Positions 34,271 through 49,483 of a stretch of DNA of 64,000 nt are shown here, in pieces. The position numbers and the translations under genes are program-made. Source of the stretch: Amoebidium appalachense. Lineage: Eukaryota; Protista; Ichthyosporea. Position 1 is the stretch's first letter; the number at the start of each line of letters is the position of its first letter. The DNA lies in the NCBI GenBank assembly GCA_963693365.1, contig CAVNZM010000017.1, forward strand, positions 2,533,527 to 2,597,526, read 5' to 3'. The notes under the pieces were generated by a model. That model saw only the letters and a program-made list of their open reading frames with translations, was not told the DNA's origin and ran no database searches.

Positions 34271-34956
34271 GAGAGAGAGAGGGGGGGGGGGGGGGGAGGG
34301 AGGGAGGGAGGGAGGGAGGGAGGGAAGGATTGAGAGAGAAGAGAGAGAAGATGGGGGGAGGGAAGGGGGGGAGAGGGGGAGAATCCGTAAGGATTGCAGA
34401 AATACTGAGAGAGCCTTAAAAAAGGGGGGGGAGGGGGGGGGGGTCCATATTGCAGAGAAGGGGGGGGGGGTTCTTTACCTGCATCTCATCCTGCAGCCTT
34501 TCGAGCTCAGCAGCAGCCGATGCAGCATTGACCGTCATCTTAACCAGATGGCCCTTGGCCCGCAGTGCGCTGACCCGACCCGGAATACCAAGCGGCCCGG
34601 AATGGTGCAGGCCCAGGAGCTCTTTGGACTTCTGCTCGTACACGTACCTGTGTACGATGTAAGCGTGTTAAGTTTTACGTGTGCATACGTGTGAGGGGCG
34701 TGCGTGTGTACATGTACACGTGCATGCACGCGTGTATGGGTGGAGGGAGGGAGTAGGATTGAGAAAGCGAGTATGTGCGCCTACGGACGTGTGCATGTGG
34801 GTGTAGTTGCATAAGCATATATAGTCCCCCCCCCCCCCCCCCCCTTAAACACACGCACATGCCCCTACACATCCAATATCCTGCAGTACCTGCGATCCCA
34901 GACGCAGGACCGCAAACGCACACACCCACAAGAAAAAAACACCCACACACACACCT

Positions 34957-34990
<34 letters not shown>

Positions 34991-35867
34991 AAACCGGTTA
35001 CTTCCCCCCTCCCCCTTCTTCCCACCCAACCATATATCCCCCCTCCTCCTCCCCCCCCCCCCTCTCCCCCTTCTACCCCAACCACACAAACACACTCACT
35101 CACTACCCTGCAGCATCTGCGATTCCAGCTCACCCCCCTCCACCCCCCTCACCTCACCCCCACCCACCCACCCACCCACCCACATCCTCCAAACAAGTCC
35201 CAAAAAAAAACCAGTGTTCAAATACACACTAAAACACACAGAGAGCCCTCCGCCCCCTTCCCTCCCCTCCCCCCCCCCCCCCTTCCCCTCCCCCCCCCCC
35301 CACCACCACCACCTACCCACCCACAACCTCCAAAAGAGCCCAACAACACTTGACCCCCCCACCCCCCTCCCCCCCCCCTCCCCGGGCACACACACGCACA
35401 TCCTCTCCCCCTCCCCCCCCCCCCCCCCCCCCCCCCACCCCACCCCCTCCCCCCCCCTCCCCCCCCCCACACACACACACACTCACCCTATAACCTGCAG
35501 CATCTGTGGCCCCAGCTGTCCCGCCCCCACCAACTGATCCATCTCAGCCAGAGCCTGACTTATAAACGCATCCGTGTCCCCATCCACCCATGGTTTCAGG
35601 CGCATCTTTAACAGTTCGCTCAGTTTTTCGATGCGCTGGGACTGAAGGGCATCGAGTTGTTCGGGGGAAAGGGCACTACCGTCTTGAACGGCGGTGACAC
35701 TGAGTTTTCCTGTGTATGTGTGTGTATGGGGTGGGGTGGGGTGGGGGGAGGGAAAGGGGGGGGGGGGGGGGGGGGGAGAAGGGGGAGGTGTGTGTGTGTG
35801 TGTGTGTGTGTGGTTGGGTGGCTTTATGGGAAAAGTGGGGAGGAGGTGGGGCGGGAAAGGGGGGGTT

Positions 35868-35902
<35 letters not shown>

Positions 35903-36487
35903 GGTGGTGGTGGTGGGATGGAGTGCAAATGGACGCGGAATTGGTTGGGGGATGTGGGAAATTTGAAGAGAAGGGGTGAGGTTGAGACGGAGGGGGGTTC
36001 GGAGAGGGAGCACGAGAGCGCGCGGGGTGGGGTTGGGGGGGGGGGGGGGGGGGGGAGGTAGGTGGGTCGGTAGGGATGATGGCAAATGGTAAGGACGGCG
36101 GGGTGGAGTGGGGAAGCGGAAAGGAGGCAGGGAGGGGCCCGGGGGGGGGAGGGATGATAATCAGGGTGAATGTTTCTGTGACATTTCTGAACTATATGTT
36201 CCTTCATGGCTTTGTGTATTGTGAGGGTCGTGTTCGCATACATAGTGTGTGTGTGTGTGTGTGTGTGAAGGGGAGGGGGGGGGGGAAGGGGGTGATGTAT
36301 GCGTTAGAGGGTTGGAAATATGGAGGAGACAACAAGAGCAAGGTGCTGAGGGAGGGAGGGAGGGAGGGGGAGAGGGGGGGGGGGGGGGGAGAGACATTGA
36401 TGGTTCTGTGGGTGCTTAAATGTCTGTAAGGAGGTCTTGAGGGGGTGGGGGTGGGCGGTGGGCGGGATTAAGTGCGGGTGTGTACGT

Positions 36488-36552
<65 letters not shown>

Positions 36553-36991
36553 GAATGCATTACAGAACACGCAGTACACATTCATGACGGACCACACAAC
36601 GCAAGATTTCGCAAAGCACACACAAATAGTAATAATCATAAAAAGAGGGGGGGGGGGGGGGGGGAGGGGGGGGAGAGCGCGGGGAGAGGGGGGGGGGGGG
36701 GGGAGGGGGGGGGTACGGAAGGGAAACAGCATACGTGAAGCGGGCACAGAGGTGGGAAAGGAAAAAAGGGAGAGGAGGGGGGAGGGGGGGAGGGGGGGGG
36801 GGGGAATAAGGGGAGCAAATGAAGGAGGCAGCATACCGATGAGATGAGAGAACTGGTCTGGGCCAAAGGACAGCTCGAAGATAGTTCTGGGGTCAAGGAA
36901 CTGTTCATCCTCAACACCCTTCTGTCCGTACTCGTCATAGCGTGCACGAAGGGCGGGGTCGCAGAGCACCTGTGTGTGTGTGTGTGTGTTT

Positions 36992-37038
<47 letters not shown>

Positions 37039-38653
37039 CGCGCGCGTGGTTGTGCGTGTGACGAGTGTGTGTGTGTTTTTGCAGGGGTAAACCGGGGGGG
37101 TTTGAATGTGGAACACGGTACGAAGTACGCATACACGATGAGAAGCATGGTGCAGGACACATGCAAAGGCAAACATTCAAGTATGCAACATCAGCCTTGC
37201 GCACAGTATGCGTCATAAGCAGAGCCCATCCTCAGGGAGGGCCCAAGTAAACGGGGGGGGGGGGGGGGGGGGGGGGGGGAGGGGGAGGGGGAGGAAGGGG
37301 GTTAAAATACGAAGGACACATTTCCGACGGACAGCACGATGCAAAATGCAAAGAACACATAAAGAGTATGCCAGAGATGGGGGGGCCCCGGGGGGGTTTG
37401 AATGCGGAACACAGTACGAAGTACGCATAGACGATGAGAAGCATGATGCAGGACACATGCAAAGGCAAACATTCAAGTATGCAGCATCAGCCATGCGCAC
37501 AGTATGCGTCATAAGCAGAGCCCATCCTCAGGGAGGGCCCAAGTCATCAATTGCGTCTGAGTTTCGACCCCTTAGCCCGCGTATATACGACGCTCCAACT
37601 CAGACAGCAGCATCAACTGAACTTGGGTGGGTCAACCCGTCTTGATCAAAGACGAGCAGGGTTGCTTATGCAAGCAAGGTGAGCAAAACGGTGAAGATGT
37701 GTGTGCAAACTAATGCAGTGCAGCGACAAACGCGTATGTGCTTACAGATGCACGACACAGAGCAACCATGCCCGGTTGCATGGAAGTAAAGATGTCTCCA
37801 CACAGTGGTCTGTCCTGAAAGGACACCTCTGAAAGAAGACAGGGGGGGTTTGAATGCGGAACACAGTACGAAGTACGCATAGACGATGAGAAGCATGATG
37901 CAGGACACATGCAAAGGCAAACATTCAAGTATGCAGCATCAGCCATGCGCACAGTATGCGTCATAAGCAGAGCCCATCCTCAGGGAGGGCCCAAGTCATC
38001 AATTGCGTCTGAGTTTCGACCCCTTAGCCCGCGTATATACGACGCTCCAACTCAGACAGCAGCATCAACTGAACTTGGGTGGGTCAACCCGTCTTGATCA
38101 AAGACGAGCAGGGTTGCTTATGCAAGCAAGGTGAGCAAAACGGTGAAGATGTGTGTGCAAACTAATGCAGTGCAGCGACAAACGCGTATGTGCTTACAGA
38201 TGCACGACACAGAGCAACCATGCCCGGTTGCATGGAAGTAAAGATGGGGGGGGGGGGGGGGATGTGTGTGTAGGATGTATGTGTTATTTAGGGCGGCGCT
38301 CGTTTATGTGCGAAACGTCCAATCACAATATTCTCCCTCTCCCCCCCCCCCCCCCCCCCCAAAAAAAAAAAAAAAAGAAAGAAAGAAAGAAAGAAAAAAT
38401 GGAAAAACCCCACACTCCCAACAGCTCGTATTTACGACTGATGGCGGCCCGAACACAACCAACACTGAGTTGGATTTATACATGTTAGACTAGACGGATG
38501 ACGGGAAGGAGGTGTGTTTTTTTGGGAGATAAATCCAGGAAAAAAAGAGCTGATTGGGTGAAGTCCCCCCCCCCCCCCCCCGGTCCCTCCCCCAAGGTTG
38601 GGGAGAATGCCCCTACCTCCCCCCTCCCCCAAAGCCACAAGAGTGAAAGTGGG

Positions 38654-38685
<32 letters not shown>

Positions 38686-39375
38686 AGAAGGGGGGGACGG
38701 GGACGGGGAGAGGGGAGGGGGAGGGGGGGATGGTGGGGGAGGATAAGGACCTGGTATGCCTGACCGACTTTAAGGAACTTCTGCTCAGCCTCAGGGTCAT
38801 CCTTATTCTTGTCCGGGTGCAGTCTCCGTGCCTTGTTAAAGTACGCCTTTTTAATCTCCCCTGGAGTCGCATCGGGAGCCACGCCCAGCACATCATAATA
38901 CTCCGTGTCTTTAACACCTCCAACTTGCGTCGATTTCTTGGGTGCGGTGGGTGGTGTTCCCCTCTTTGGAGCTGCATTACCACCCGCATTTCTACTCTCC
39001 CATCCCTCTTCGAAGAGATGTGTGTACAGTGCATTCCTTGCCTCCTGCTGGTATGTGCTAGCAAGTACCAATGCTCTCTCTTCGGTTATGGATGCGTTTT
39101 CTACTTCCGCCTCCTCCTTCTCTTCCCTCCACTGACGAACAGCCTCTGGGGTGTTGTAGATGCCCTTGCCCACGTCCTGTAAAAAAAACATGGCATCACA
39201 TCAGTGCGTGTTTGCCCCTCACATGTTTGTGATGGATGTTGATGCCAGGAGCCGAACATGAGGCACTGAAGCATGAACAATTTGCCTGTGTGTGCCTGTG
39301 TGTGTGTGTGTCTGTGTGTCTGTGTGTGTGTGTGTGTGTGTGACAAGGTGAGGAGAGGAGACGAGATCGGGGGGT

Positions 39376-39415
<40 letters not shown>

Positions 39416-39929
39416 ACGAAGGAGAGAGGCATCCACAGCCGAGACCCTTTCAGGCGAAATGTGTTTATAGAGCACAAATCAAGAGCATCACTTCTCACTC
39501 AAGCAAAAACAAAGAAAAAGAAAGACAGGGTAGGGGGTGGAAGGAGGGGAGGGGTCTACTTACGTGAATCGCCGAAGCCACACCCACCACAGGCAAGAGG
39601 ATGAGGCCACCCAAGCCCAACCCAACCCCTTTTACAAATCCCTTGACTCCACTCTGCGAAGCACCGACAGCCGGAGCCACAAAAAGCCCTGCAACCCCTC
39701 CCAAAACACCCCCAGCAATGGATTTCGCTCCAGATGCCAGGCCGGAACCGACATGTTTCGGTCCCTTTTCCTCTTCATGTTGCTGCTTCAAAACCCAATA
39801 AGGGTCCTTGTTTGCTTGTTCATCCTTGAGCGAGCCTTTCCTGGAATTAGAACCCCCATCCTCCCCTCCGGCCGTAGCTTTTGGACTTTCGGGTTTGGGT
39901 TTGGGGCTTTCGGGCTTCGACGCCGACAT
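32732..39929 (-). CDS. DnaJ-domain chaperone with DnaJ-X domain (Djp1/Caj1-like), ~541 aa
   Basis: Exons 39929-39564, 39176-38751, 36969-36837, 35709-35487, 34647-34479, 33530-33385 and 32894-32732 splice in frame. J-domain [12 protein letters not shown]...IKKAY...LHPDKN...[15 protein letters not shown]; X-domain [22 protein letters not shown]...[12 protein letters not shown]. Confidence 0.9.
37101..38244 (-). mobile_element. intronic cluster of the dispersed repeat: one truncated copy, one related fragment and two tandem full copies
   Basis: Copies at 37101-37248 (truncated), 37300-37380 (related subfamily), 37397-37794 and 37849-38244 (apparently identical, period 452). Each begins on + after a G-run. 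Confidence 0.85.
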
Positions 39930-41375
39930 GGTGTTAGGCCGGCAGATTTTTTGCCCTGTGTGAAACTACTAAAACACTGCCGCGGGAAGGAAAAGAAAAA
40001 CCAAATTCCCTTTGTCCGAGGAGAGAGAACTTTTTGTGTAGTGTGTGTGTGTTGAAAGACTGGCCATAAGACAGTGTCATAAGGCTGGGATAAAAAAAAA
40101 CTGTTCGTCTGAGATCTTTTATACAATGATGACTAATTTTAGCGGATCGCAAACCTCGGGAGTTCTTTTGCGCCGATCGCCACAATCGAATATTGATCGC
40201 TGTTCCTATTTTCCGCGCTGGAACCGATGGTCCACTCCCATTTTCGTCTTTCCGGTTCTCCTGGATGAGTCCTCATCATGGCCCAGCTAGATACCATGGC
40301 CATTCTTCCTTTACATTCCCTCTCCCCTCACAAACTGTGCCACGCATTACATTAATTATGATGATCTCGCACATGTTTTCACGAATTTGTATGCATCCTA
40401 CACGGCCGCGATGATCACGACACAGGCGCCGGTCAGACTATTTATCACCTAATCCAAAAAAATACTTCTCTGGAAACTTCACCGTGCAGCAGCCATCGGA
40501 TGTAAGGCTAAGAGATGGACGGGCGGGGAAGGCAGGTGCACGGTGGTATTGGCCTCTTCGCATGCATGATATACAAAAGGTTTTGGTGAATTCTCCGGAG
40601 GGAGGGGACGGGGGAGGGAGGGGGGGGGGGGGGGGGGGGAGGGGAGAGGGGGAGGGGGGGGGGGGGGGGGAGGGAGGGAGGGGGGGAGGGGGCTGCACTG
40701 CTGCCAAAGAAATTTGCTAGCGACATACAGCCCAGTTTCACAGGTTGGAACTGAGAGGTGAAGGTCTTGCAACTGGCTTTTTGGTACTTAGTAGTAGACT
40801 AGATAATAAGTGTTAAACCATATGATCATTTGCATGCACAAGTGTGTTTACGTAAACTTCGAAACGTGTTTCTTCACTGAAATACGTCATACTATCACAC
40901 ATGATAGCTACTTACTCTGGGGCAAAGTATATCTATCTAGATATATCCGGCCCCAGATATATTATATCTTGCATTTGAATTTCATTAAGCAACATCCAAA
41001 TAATACTAAATGGAGCCGAATGATGCATTCATGCAGTACAAAACCACCTTCTAAACAAACATGCATTTGTAACTCAAGAAGCATTGCAGCCGACCTCAGC
41101 CGGGCGATTCATCGAAGTGTCTACTTCTAATTTTCATTCTAACTTGAGCAACAATCTACAAGAGGTACCTGAAATACCCCCTATTCGCAGGTGTTCAAGT
41201 AGGCCGACTAGGTGGTAATACAACAAACGCTGACCAGACAATCAATCATACATACGTAGGGCTTGCAAAAATGCCATCAACTGTATCCACTGAGGCTCAA
41301 TAGTCTACATGTCTGTTGTAAACCTGCTCAAATTATATAATCATAGCCAGTAGTAACCACACCTGTTATCTGTTT

Positions 41376-41623
41376 TTATGCCGGCCAATGCATCTTCTCC
41401 ACTCGTGTGAGGTGCCGTGTGATCTCTTGTGTAAGCTTGGTGCCATCTCTGATGTCAAAAACACCGTTCCCTGTTGTCGCATTTCGTAAAAATGTTAGTC
41501 ATTTGTTTTGTTTTGCGAAAGCGCTGGGACCCTCGAGTGCATTCAAAGAAAATGGGACGGGGAATGGGGATTTGCGTGTGTGAATAATGATGTGGAAAGG
41601 AGGTGGTGTATGTGTGTGTGTGT

Positions 41624-41718
<95 letters not shown>

Positions 41719-42497
41719 CGCGCGCACGCGGGTGGGTGTGCGCGCGTGCATGTCCGGGCGTGTGTGCATGCATGTGCACGTGCGTCACATGTGGATACGG
41801 GTGTGGGTGTGCACGTGTGCACGCATGTGTGCATGTTTGTAGAATTTGTGATATTTAATGAAAATAAATAAAAATACGGACGAAAAATATTTTGACCTGC
41901 CTGCCCCCCCCTCCTCCCCCCCCCCTCCCCTCCTCCTCCCCCCCCCCCCCCTCTCCCCCCGGAGCCCTACAGCACACACACACCACCCTTTAACACAACA
42001 CCACAAAGACATAACTCTTTTCCATTTTTTTTGCACGTGCATGGAGCTGATGTAGCGTACGTCCATTCAGTGAGTGCATCTGTCGCAGAATTTTACGGTA
42101 GATATATTCATCTACATGTTTGAATATCTATCCACACAAACTCATCACGGGCATACGTACATATCATAGCCCAGATGTACAATTCCTTGCCTGCACACGC
42201 ACAAAAACATGCATGCAACACGGAATATAAAAACAAATGATCATTTCCGCCGTCTTTTTCGCCTTCAAAAAAACTTTTGTCTGGCCACCAAATTTCACTA
42301 GATACATCTCTGGTATATCTAAATTAACACTCACCGGCTTGTCTGTTGGTTTCTGCGGGGCCCACCGCAATCCATGGATAGTCTTTTCGCATATCTCGGA
42401 GTTCCTGTTACACAGGGATGTTAAGCCGAGGAACAAACACCGCTCAGAATGGAAACAAGAGCCGTTCGGTTTCCGGACTTATTGTGATATGCCGAGA

Positions 42498-42534
<37 letters not shown>

Positions 42535-43396
42535 ACCCACTCCACCCCCGTTCCTCCCGTTCAAAATCACCTCCACCACCTCCACCACCATCACCTACAC
42601 ACCCACCCACCATGAGCACCACCACCACAAAAAATAAAAACTGCCCCAACCAGACTACCACCACCACCACGTATCCACGCACGTTGCAGATGAAGGGGGA
42701 CAGAGGAAGGGGGAGATGTGAGTGGGGGGCCAAGGGGGAAGTCTTGACTAAACGGGAAAGAAGGGGGGGGGGGGGGGGGGGGGATGTGTGTCATGCATGT
42801 GCACTTGTATGCCTAATAGTACTAAGAGTAAGAATTCAGGAAATTGGGGGGGGGAGAGGGGGGGGGGGGGGGGGAGAAAGCGCGAGAGAGGTGTGTGTGG
42901 GGGGGGGGGGGGGGGGGGGGGGGGGGTTGGAGAAACGGGGGAGGTCGCGTGGGTGGGAGAATGTGGGTGAAGGGGGGGAGAGGGGGGGGTAAAGCAGAAG
43001 GGAGGAAAGGGGAGCACGTACAAAGATTTGTGGAAAGCGAGGGGGAAGTCAAAGGAAAAATAGAGAACAACTGTGTGTGCTAGGGTTCACACGCGCGTGT
43101 GCATGTGCATGTGTGCGCGTTCACATGTATGTGTGTGCACGTGCATGAAACAAACATATCCGTTGGTGCACGTGGCTGTTCTTGCCTAGCAGAAATCTCT
43201 CTGGCTGCGTGCCGAATTTGGTCTATGGAACTCCAGAAAACTTCATCACAGACCTCAACACAACAAACATAAAAGCAGCGAATAAGGCACCAACCTTTTC
43301 CAGGCCAACCACATCTCTGTCCAAAGCAGCTATCCTTCTTTTTACAGCAGCCAAATCGGCCAAGATCAACCGCTCCTCCCAAGCATTTCCAGCCAT
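41376..43396 (-). CDS. 88-aa hypothetical microprotein with N-terminal coiled-coil character
   Basis: Exons 43396-43295, 42404-42335 and 41470-41376 with GT-AG sites in matching phases and a GACTAAC branch point before exon 3. Product MAGNAWEERLILADLAAVKRRIAALDRDVVGLEKELRDMRKDYPWIAVGPAETNRQAGNGVFDIRDGTKLTQEITRHLTRVEKMHWPA*. Confidence 0.55.
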
Positions 43397-44301
43397 GTTT
43401 CCCAAAACAGAGAATTCGCCCCTCTTTCTTTAGCATAAACAGGTTCAATCTCAGGTGAGAAGAGAGACTATGGTGCGTGTATAGAGCCACAAAAACGGCT
43501 CATCGAAACACAGACGTCAGACTGTGGTACTGTGGTTGCTCCTCAAAGATGTGGAGCGCTCTTCAAATTAAACTGAGAAGGTCCGGTGCCCTTGTGGTTA
43601 CAAACTCGAGACTCTTTAGGCTGCCACCCGCCCTAAAACGAAATTCGGAAGAGAAACAGAGGCTAATGTAATGTGCTCTGAAGTTGACAAACGAACATCA
43701 ACTCAACCTCCAACTCACACAACTCGATGACGGTCGATCGACAAGCCGCTAGCGCACGGTCGCGTTTGCGACATCAGTTTAGGGAAAGCATTTCGGGCTG
43801 GAGCGACTTTCGGGTCAAAATTTCGGGTCGACCCGTACCCAGGGTTGCTGCGTAGAACTACCAGTGCTCTAGGGTGATATCATATTACTGCAGAGCCCAA
43901 AGTGCATGCGACTTTTTTTTTTTTTTCTTTTTTGTCTTTTTATTCTAGTCCAGTTTGTTTAGAGTGCTGAGATTCTTTTTATGGTTTCTCTTCACTGATT
44001 CGATGGGCAATTGTGTATGATGGGCATATGACTGTCTTGGCTTGCGCTTCGTATAAGTTAGGAAAGGTTCCATTGCGGATCGGTTTTTGTCAGCGAGAGC
44101 TTTCGAACGAACAAACAACCACCACCAAAGAAAACAGAGACACTGTACGTGTGCTCTGCATCAGTCTGCCAACAGATCACTAATTAGACTACATACTAGT
44201 GAACAGGCATCCGCATCAGCTGCAGTTAAGCTGCTTTTCGAGAAAGACTAAACAATAACCATTTGGCTGCATTGTCTTGAGCAGACAACCGAACTTCGAA
44301 A

Positions 44302-45221
44302 ATGGTATGTAAGAGTGCTTGAACACACAGAGGATAGGGAACACATCCAACACTTGCGCGGATTCACACACACAAATTCATTAACAGACAAACGCCGCAC
44401 ACACATAAACGGACACGCGCACATGGCATAGCTACATACACCTCCTCTTCAACAAACTCAAGCACACGCCCATAGGTGCAACCATACACGTCCCCGTCAG
44501 CATGCACTTACACCCAAGCAAACCCAAACAAAGTAGATCCCAGTTCTTATTATATCCACGCTCATGCGTACACGCACACACATACACATCCGCGTGCGCA
44601 CACGCACACACGCACACACACGCATATACACAGCAGACACTTAACCTGTGTACAGATGCCCACACACTCACTTATACGTGTTGCCCACGACCACGCTCCC
44701 TCTCTCGACACATTTCAGCTTCCAGTGCCAAACCCGTGAGCACACGAACAAAGATCGGTCGTGTTTGCATACATTCAAATAAATACACTCACACATATCG
44801 AGCACGCTCTAATAAAAAGCACACGTGGGTATACCTGTTTCATCAATCCAAGATCTCGAAGTCACCGTGATGCATCACCTCACAATTATTACACCCCCAA
44901 ACATTCAATGAGTACATTGAGCCATTGAGACCGAAGGTTGATCGGTAATGAAAGAAGAGGACGCATTCCTTAGGGCAGGAAGAGGGTTAGCTTTCTGCCT
45001 TCCCTTTGCTTCACATACGGAAAAGCAAGATTTGGATAATATCCGAAATTGGGGTGTAACCCAGGCTCCCTTTCCTTCCTCCCTTCCCTCCCCCCCACCC
45101 CCCCCGCTCCCTTCCGATGTCTCTTGCTCCCCCACCACCACCACCACCACACACACACACACACACCGGTCGTTTGCTCCCTCCTCAGCACCACCCAGCT
45201 CCGTCCTGCTGCCTCTGCCCG

Positions 45222-45263
<42 letters not shown>

Positions 45264-46070
45264 AAAAAAAAAAAAAACGAACAAAAACCATGCTGCCCTG
45301 CCACCACTTCCTTCCTGCCTTCCTGCCCCCCCCCTTCCCTCCCCTCCACCCTTCTCCCTTTCTTCTCCTTTTTTGAATCTGTTTGGACTATCACCCCACC
45401 CTATTCCGCACCCTACTCCCCCTTCCCTCAAAAAGAAAGAAAGGAAAGAAACAACAAAACCCATAAATATGCCTAACCCTCACCCCCCCCCCCCCCCCCC
45501 TCGATATGTGTGCTCTTTGGGGCAGAGTTTGCATGATATTGGCCGTCGTGAGTCAGTACATTTTGCTCTGTAACACATCCACCACCCACCCACCCTTCCC
45601 CCACCCTTGGGCGCCACCTGAAGATGGGCTCTGTGGATTATGCATGCTCTTTATTTGTGCTTTGCAAAATCTGCATTTGTGTTGTCCGTGTCGTGAATGA
45701 GTACTTCACACTCTGTAACACATTGTTAACCCCCCACACACACACTCACACTTTTGTAACGTTTTGTTGATGCTCGTTGTTGTCTCCTCCATATTTCCAA
45801 CCCTTTAACGCATACATCACCCCCCCCCACCACCACCACCACCACCCCCCACCCCCTCCCCCCTTTTTTTCCCCACAGGCGACAGACGCATACGGGCAGA
45901 TTGTCGACGACAACTTTGGGGCCTATGCCTCATCGTTCCCTGCAGACATGGGGTGGGTTTTTGCTTATCTTTAAATTCCCCTCCAGCAGCCCCCCCCCCC
46001 CCCCTCCCCCTCCCCCCCCCCCAACACACACACACACCCAGGACACACACACACATGCGCACGCACACAC

Positions 46071-46127
<57 letters not shown>

Positions 46128-46390
46128 CTTTTTGCTATTCAACACTGCCGCCCCCCCCCCCCCCCCCCCCCCCTCCCCCCTTGTGATCCAACTTCGTCAT
46201 CCCCCCGTCCGCTTTGAGACTCAACATCGGGTTTCACCCCCACCGTTGTGTTTAGTTGGTGGGTTGTTGCAGGGGAAGGGAACCGAAAGAAGGTGAAAGA
46301 AGGGGTCGTGTGGAGCATATATATATGGATGGAGGGTGGCGTGTGTGTGTGTGTGCGCGCGCCACGCGGGCACACACACGCACACGTGTG

Positions 46391-46438
<48 letters not shown>

Positions 46439-46466
46439 TGTGTGCGTGCGTTGCACATGTGTGTTT

Positions 46467-46499
<33 letters not shown>

Positions 46500-47510
46500 G
46501 GGGGGGGGAGGGGGAGGACGGGTAGATGGAATGGCAAGGATACCGGGGAGGCAGGGATGCTGGGGGAGAGGGGGGAGGGAGGGGGGGAGGGGGGGGGGGG
46601 GGGGGGGCTGAATATGTCGTCTCTCGGGGATTTTATCGGGATGTGGAGGGGGCAGGGAAAAAATGGCGATGGTGTTATGTGGGCAAGAAATGTGGACATG
46701 TGGTGTTTCCTGGCCATGAATATGAAAAGCCATGATATTAATATGAAAATGCATGTAAACGCACACCGGAAAAAGGGGACAGATGCCAACCGTACCGTTC
46801 TATGGGATCAGTTATTTTCACAGGGCCTAGTTCAGGGTCTAGTTTGGTTGTGTTCCCCCCCCCCCCCCCCCCCCCCCCCCCCCGTTACCACTTCCCCGTC
46901 CTTCTCCCCCTCCCCCTCTCTCTCTCCCCCTCCCCCCTCCCCCCCCTCCCCCCTCTTTCTACCCCCCCCCCCCCTCCCCCCGCCCCCCCAAACAGGAAGG
47001 TAGATGAAAAAGGAAGGGTAAAACGACGAGTAACCCCCCCCACCCCCAAAAAAAATTAAATTTAAAATAATAAATAAATGAACCTCCCCCCAGAAGTTCC
47101 CCCCTCTCCCCTGCCTCCAGGTGACGTTTTAAAGGGAGAGCCCTGTGTGTTTCACATGCCTGTGCCAGCTCTGTTGGTTGTTATAAGGATACGTTTTATA
47201 TATTGTATGTGGTGTTGCTGTAGAAATGGTGGGTTCTGAATTTTTAACGGTGGGTTATGATTGGTTGCAGGTACGGGGACGATTTTAATGCCGTGCAGAC
47301 ACAGGCCGACGAGAATAAACCCCGCATTCTCCTGATGGGCCTGAGAAGGTGAGGGGCTGTGGCCTTCATTTTCAAACCTACATTTGACCATGTGACATTT
47401 TCCGTTTTGTTTTTTTTACCCTTTTCTCGTGTTTTTTTTTTATTCTTCTCCTTCTTATCTTTTGTGTGTGTATGGTGGTGGTGGTGTGTGTGTGTTGAAT
47501 GAGGAGGGGC

Positions 47511-47561
<51 letters not shown>

Positions 47562-47726
47562 CGTGTGTGCGTGTGTGCATGTGTACGCATCTGCTTAGTA
47601 TCTATGTGTGCGTGTACGATGTATGTAATGGCGTGGTGGTTTGCCTGGTGGGAAGGAGTGACATAAGGGGGGGAGGGGGTGGGGGGTTGGAGGAGGAAGG
47701 GTTGCTCTGCAGGGGGAAGGGGATGG

Positions 47727-47781
<55 letters not shown>

Positions 47782-48062
47782 AGAGGGGAGGGGCGAGGGG
47801 GGGGGGGGGGGGGGGGGGGGGGTAGGAGAGGGGATTGCCGGGGGAAGGTGAGATGGGGAGGTGTGTTTGTGTGTGTGTGTGTGGTAATGGTGGTTGAGGG
47901 GGGAGGAGGGTTGGGGGGGGGGGAGGGAGGCAAAGGTGTTAATGCACACGTACATGCACAGGAGTGGCAAGTCGTCGATTCAGAAGGTTGTGTTCCACAA
48001 AATGTCACCGAACGAGACTCTGTTCTTGGAAAGCACAGCAAAGCTCGTCAAGAGCGGTACAT

Positions 48063-48095
<33 letters not shown>

Positions 48096-48565
48096 ACTCA
48101 CGCACCAAGCACACGCACACACTCCAACAAAGACACACATGCCTGCCCTGCCCCCCCCCCCCCCCCCCCCCCCTCCCCCCCTTGTGTTGCATACGTAACG
48201 TAGGTGTTGTGGGTTTGACTCCCCCTTCCCCCCTCCGCCCTCCAGTCGCTTCCACTCCACACCCGCTTGCTCTCCTTTCCCCCCCCCCTCTTTTCCACCC
48301 ACCCGTTCCCCCACTCCTCTGTCTTCCCCCTCCCCCCTCCCCCCCCCTCCCCCCCCCCCCCCCCCTGCCCCTGCCCCTTCCTCCGGGGGCCTCCACGGGG
48401 CCCTCTCATTCAATCGTGCTTATGCTTCGACACACACACACACACTCACACACACTCACTCACTCAATCACACCCACACATACACACACACCCCTACAGA
48501 CACGTACGCACGTACACATGCATATGCGCACACGCCCCTACTGCTCACACATCTACACAAACACA

Positions 48566-48606
<41 letters not shown>

Positions 48607-48991
48607 GCGCGCGCGTGCGCACACACAGACACACGCATACACATGCACATACACGTATACGTACACGTACACGTCTACACGCACTCACTCACTCACTCAC
48701 TCACGCACACACACGTACATGTACACCCACACACACACACACACACACTGCACGTACGCCCACCCCCCCCATTTACACAAACACGTACACACACACGTAC
48801 AGAAATATCCAACAGCTCGTTCGTGCAGTTCCAAATATGGGATTTCCCGGGCCAGATCGACTTCTTCGATACGGGCTTCGACTCGGAGGCCATTTTCGGT
48901 GGCTGCGGGGCACTTGTATTCGTCATTGATGCACAGGTGAGGTGGAATGGATGTGCCCGTGTGTGTGTGTGTGTATGTGTGGTGGTGGTGT

Positions 48992-49024
<33 letters not shown>

Positions 49025-49127
49025 GAGGGGTGGGTGGGTGGGTTGGTGTGTGTGGGTGTGTGTATGTATGTGTGGTGGGTAATGTGGGGTTGGGTGAGTG
49101 GGTGGATTGGTGGGTGGGTGGATGTAT

Positions 49128-49174
<47 letters not shown>

Positions 49175-49452
49175 TTGGAAAATGGCATGGTCGGGAATCT
49201 AACTGTTTTTGTGGGGGTTTTGGACAGGACGACTATTTGGAGGCTCTGGCAAAACTGCACGCCACAGTGGTAAATGCCTACAAGGTAATGTGGTTGATTG
49301 TGGTTTGGTGTGTGGGATTGTGTGCCGTTGGTTTTTGTTTGTTTGTTTTTGGCTTGTGATTGTGTTGGCTGTTGGTGTTGGTGATGGTGGCGGTGAGGTT
49401 TGTGTAGTCTCTGATTTTGTGTCGAAGGGAGGGGAAGGGATGGAGGAGGAAA

Positions 49453-49483
<31 letters not shown>

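Noticed and set aside
37545-37630. Possible hammerhead ribozyme in the repeat (minus strand GTCTGAGTT...CGAAACTCAGAC)
   Set aside because: GAAA and a stem-III-like pairing are present, but there is no CUGANGA core between them (CTAAGG instead). The nearby CTGAGGA lies on the wrong side.
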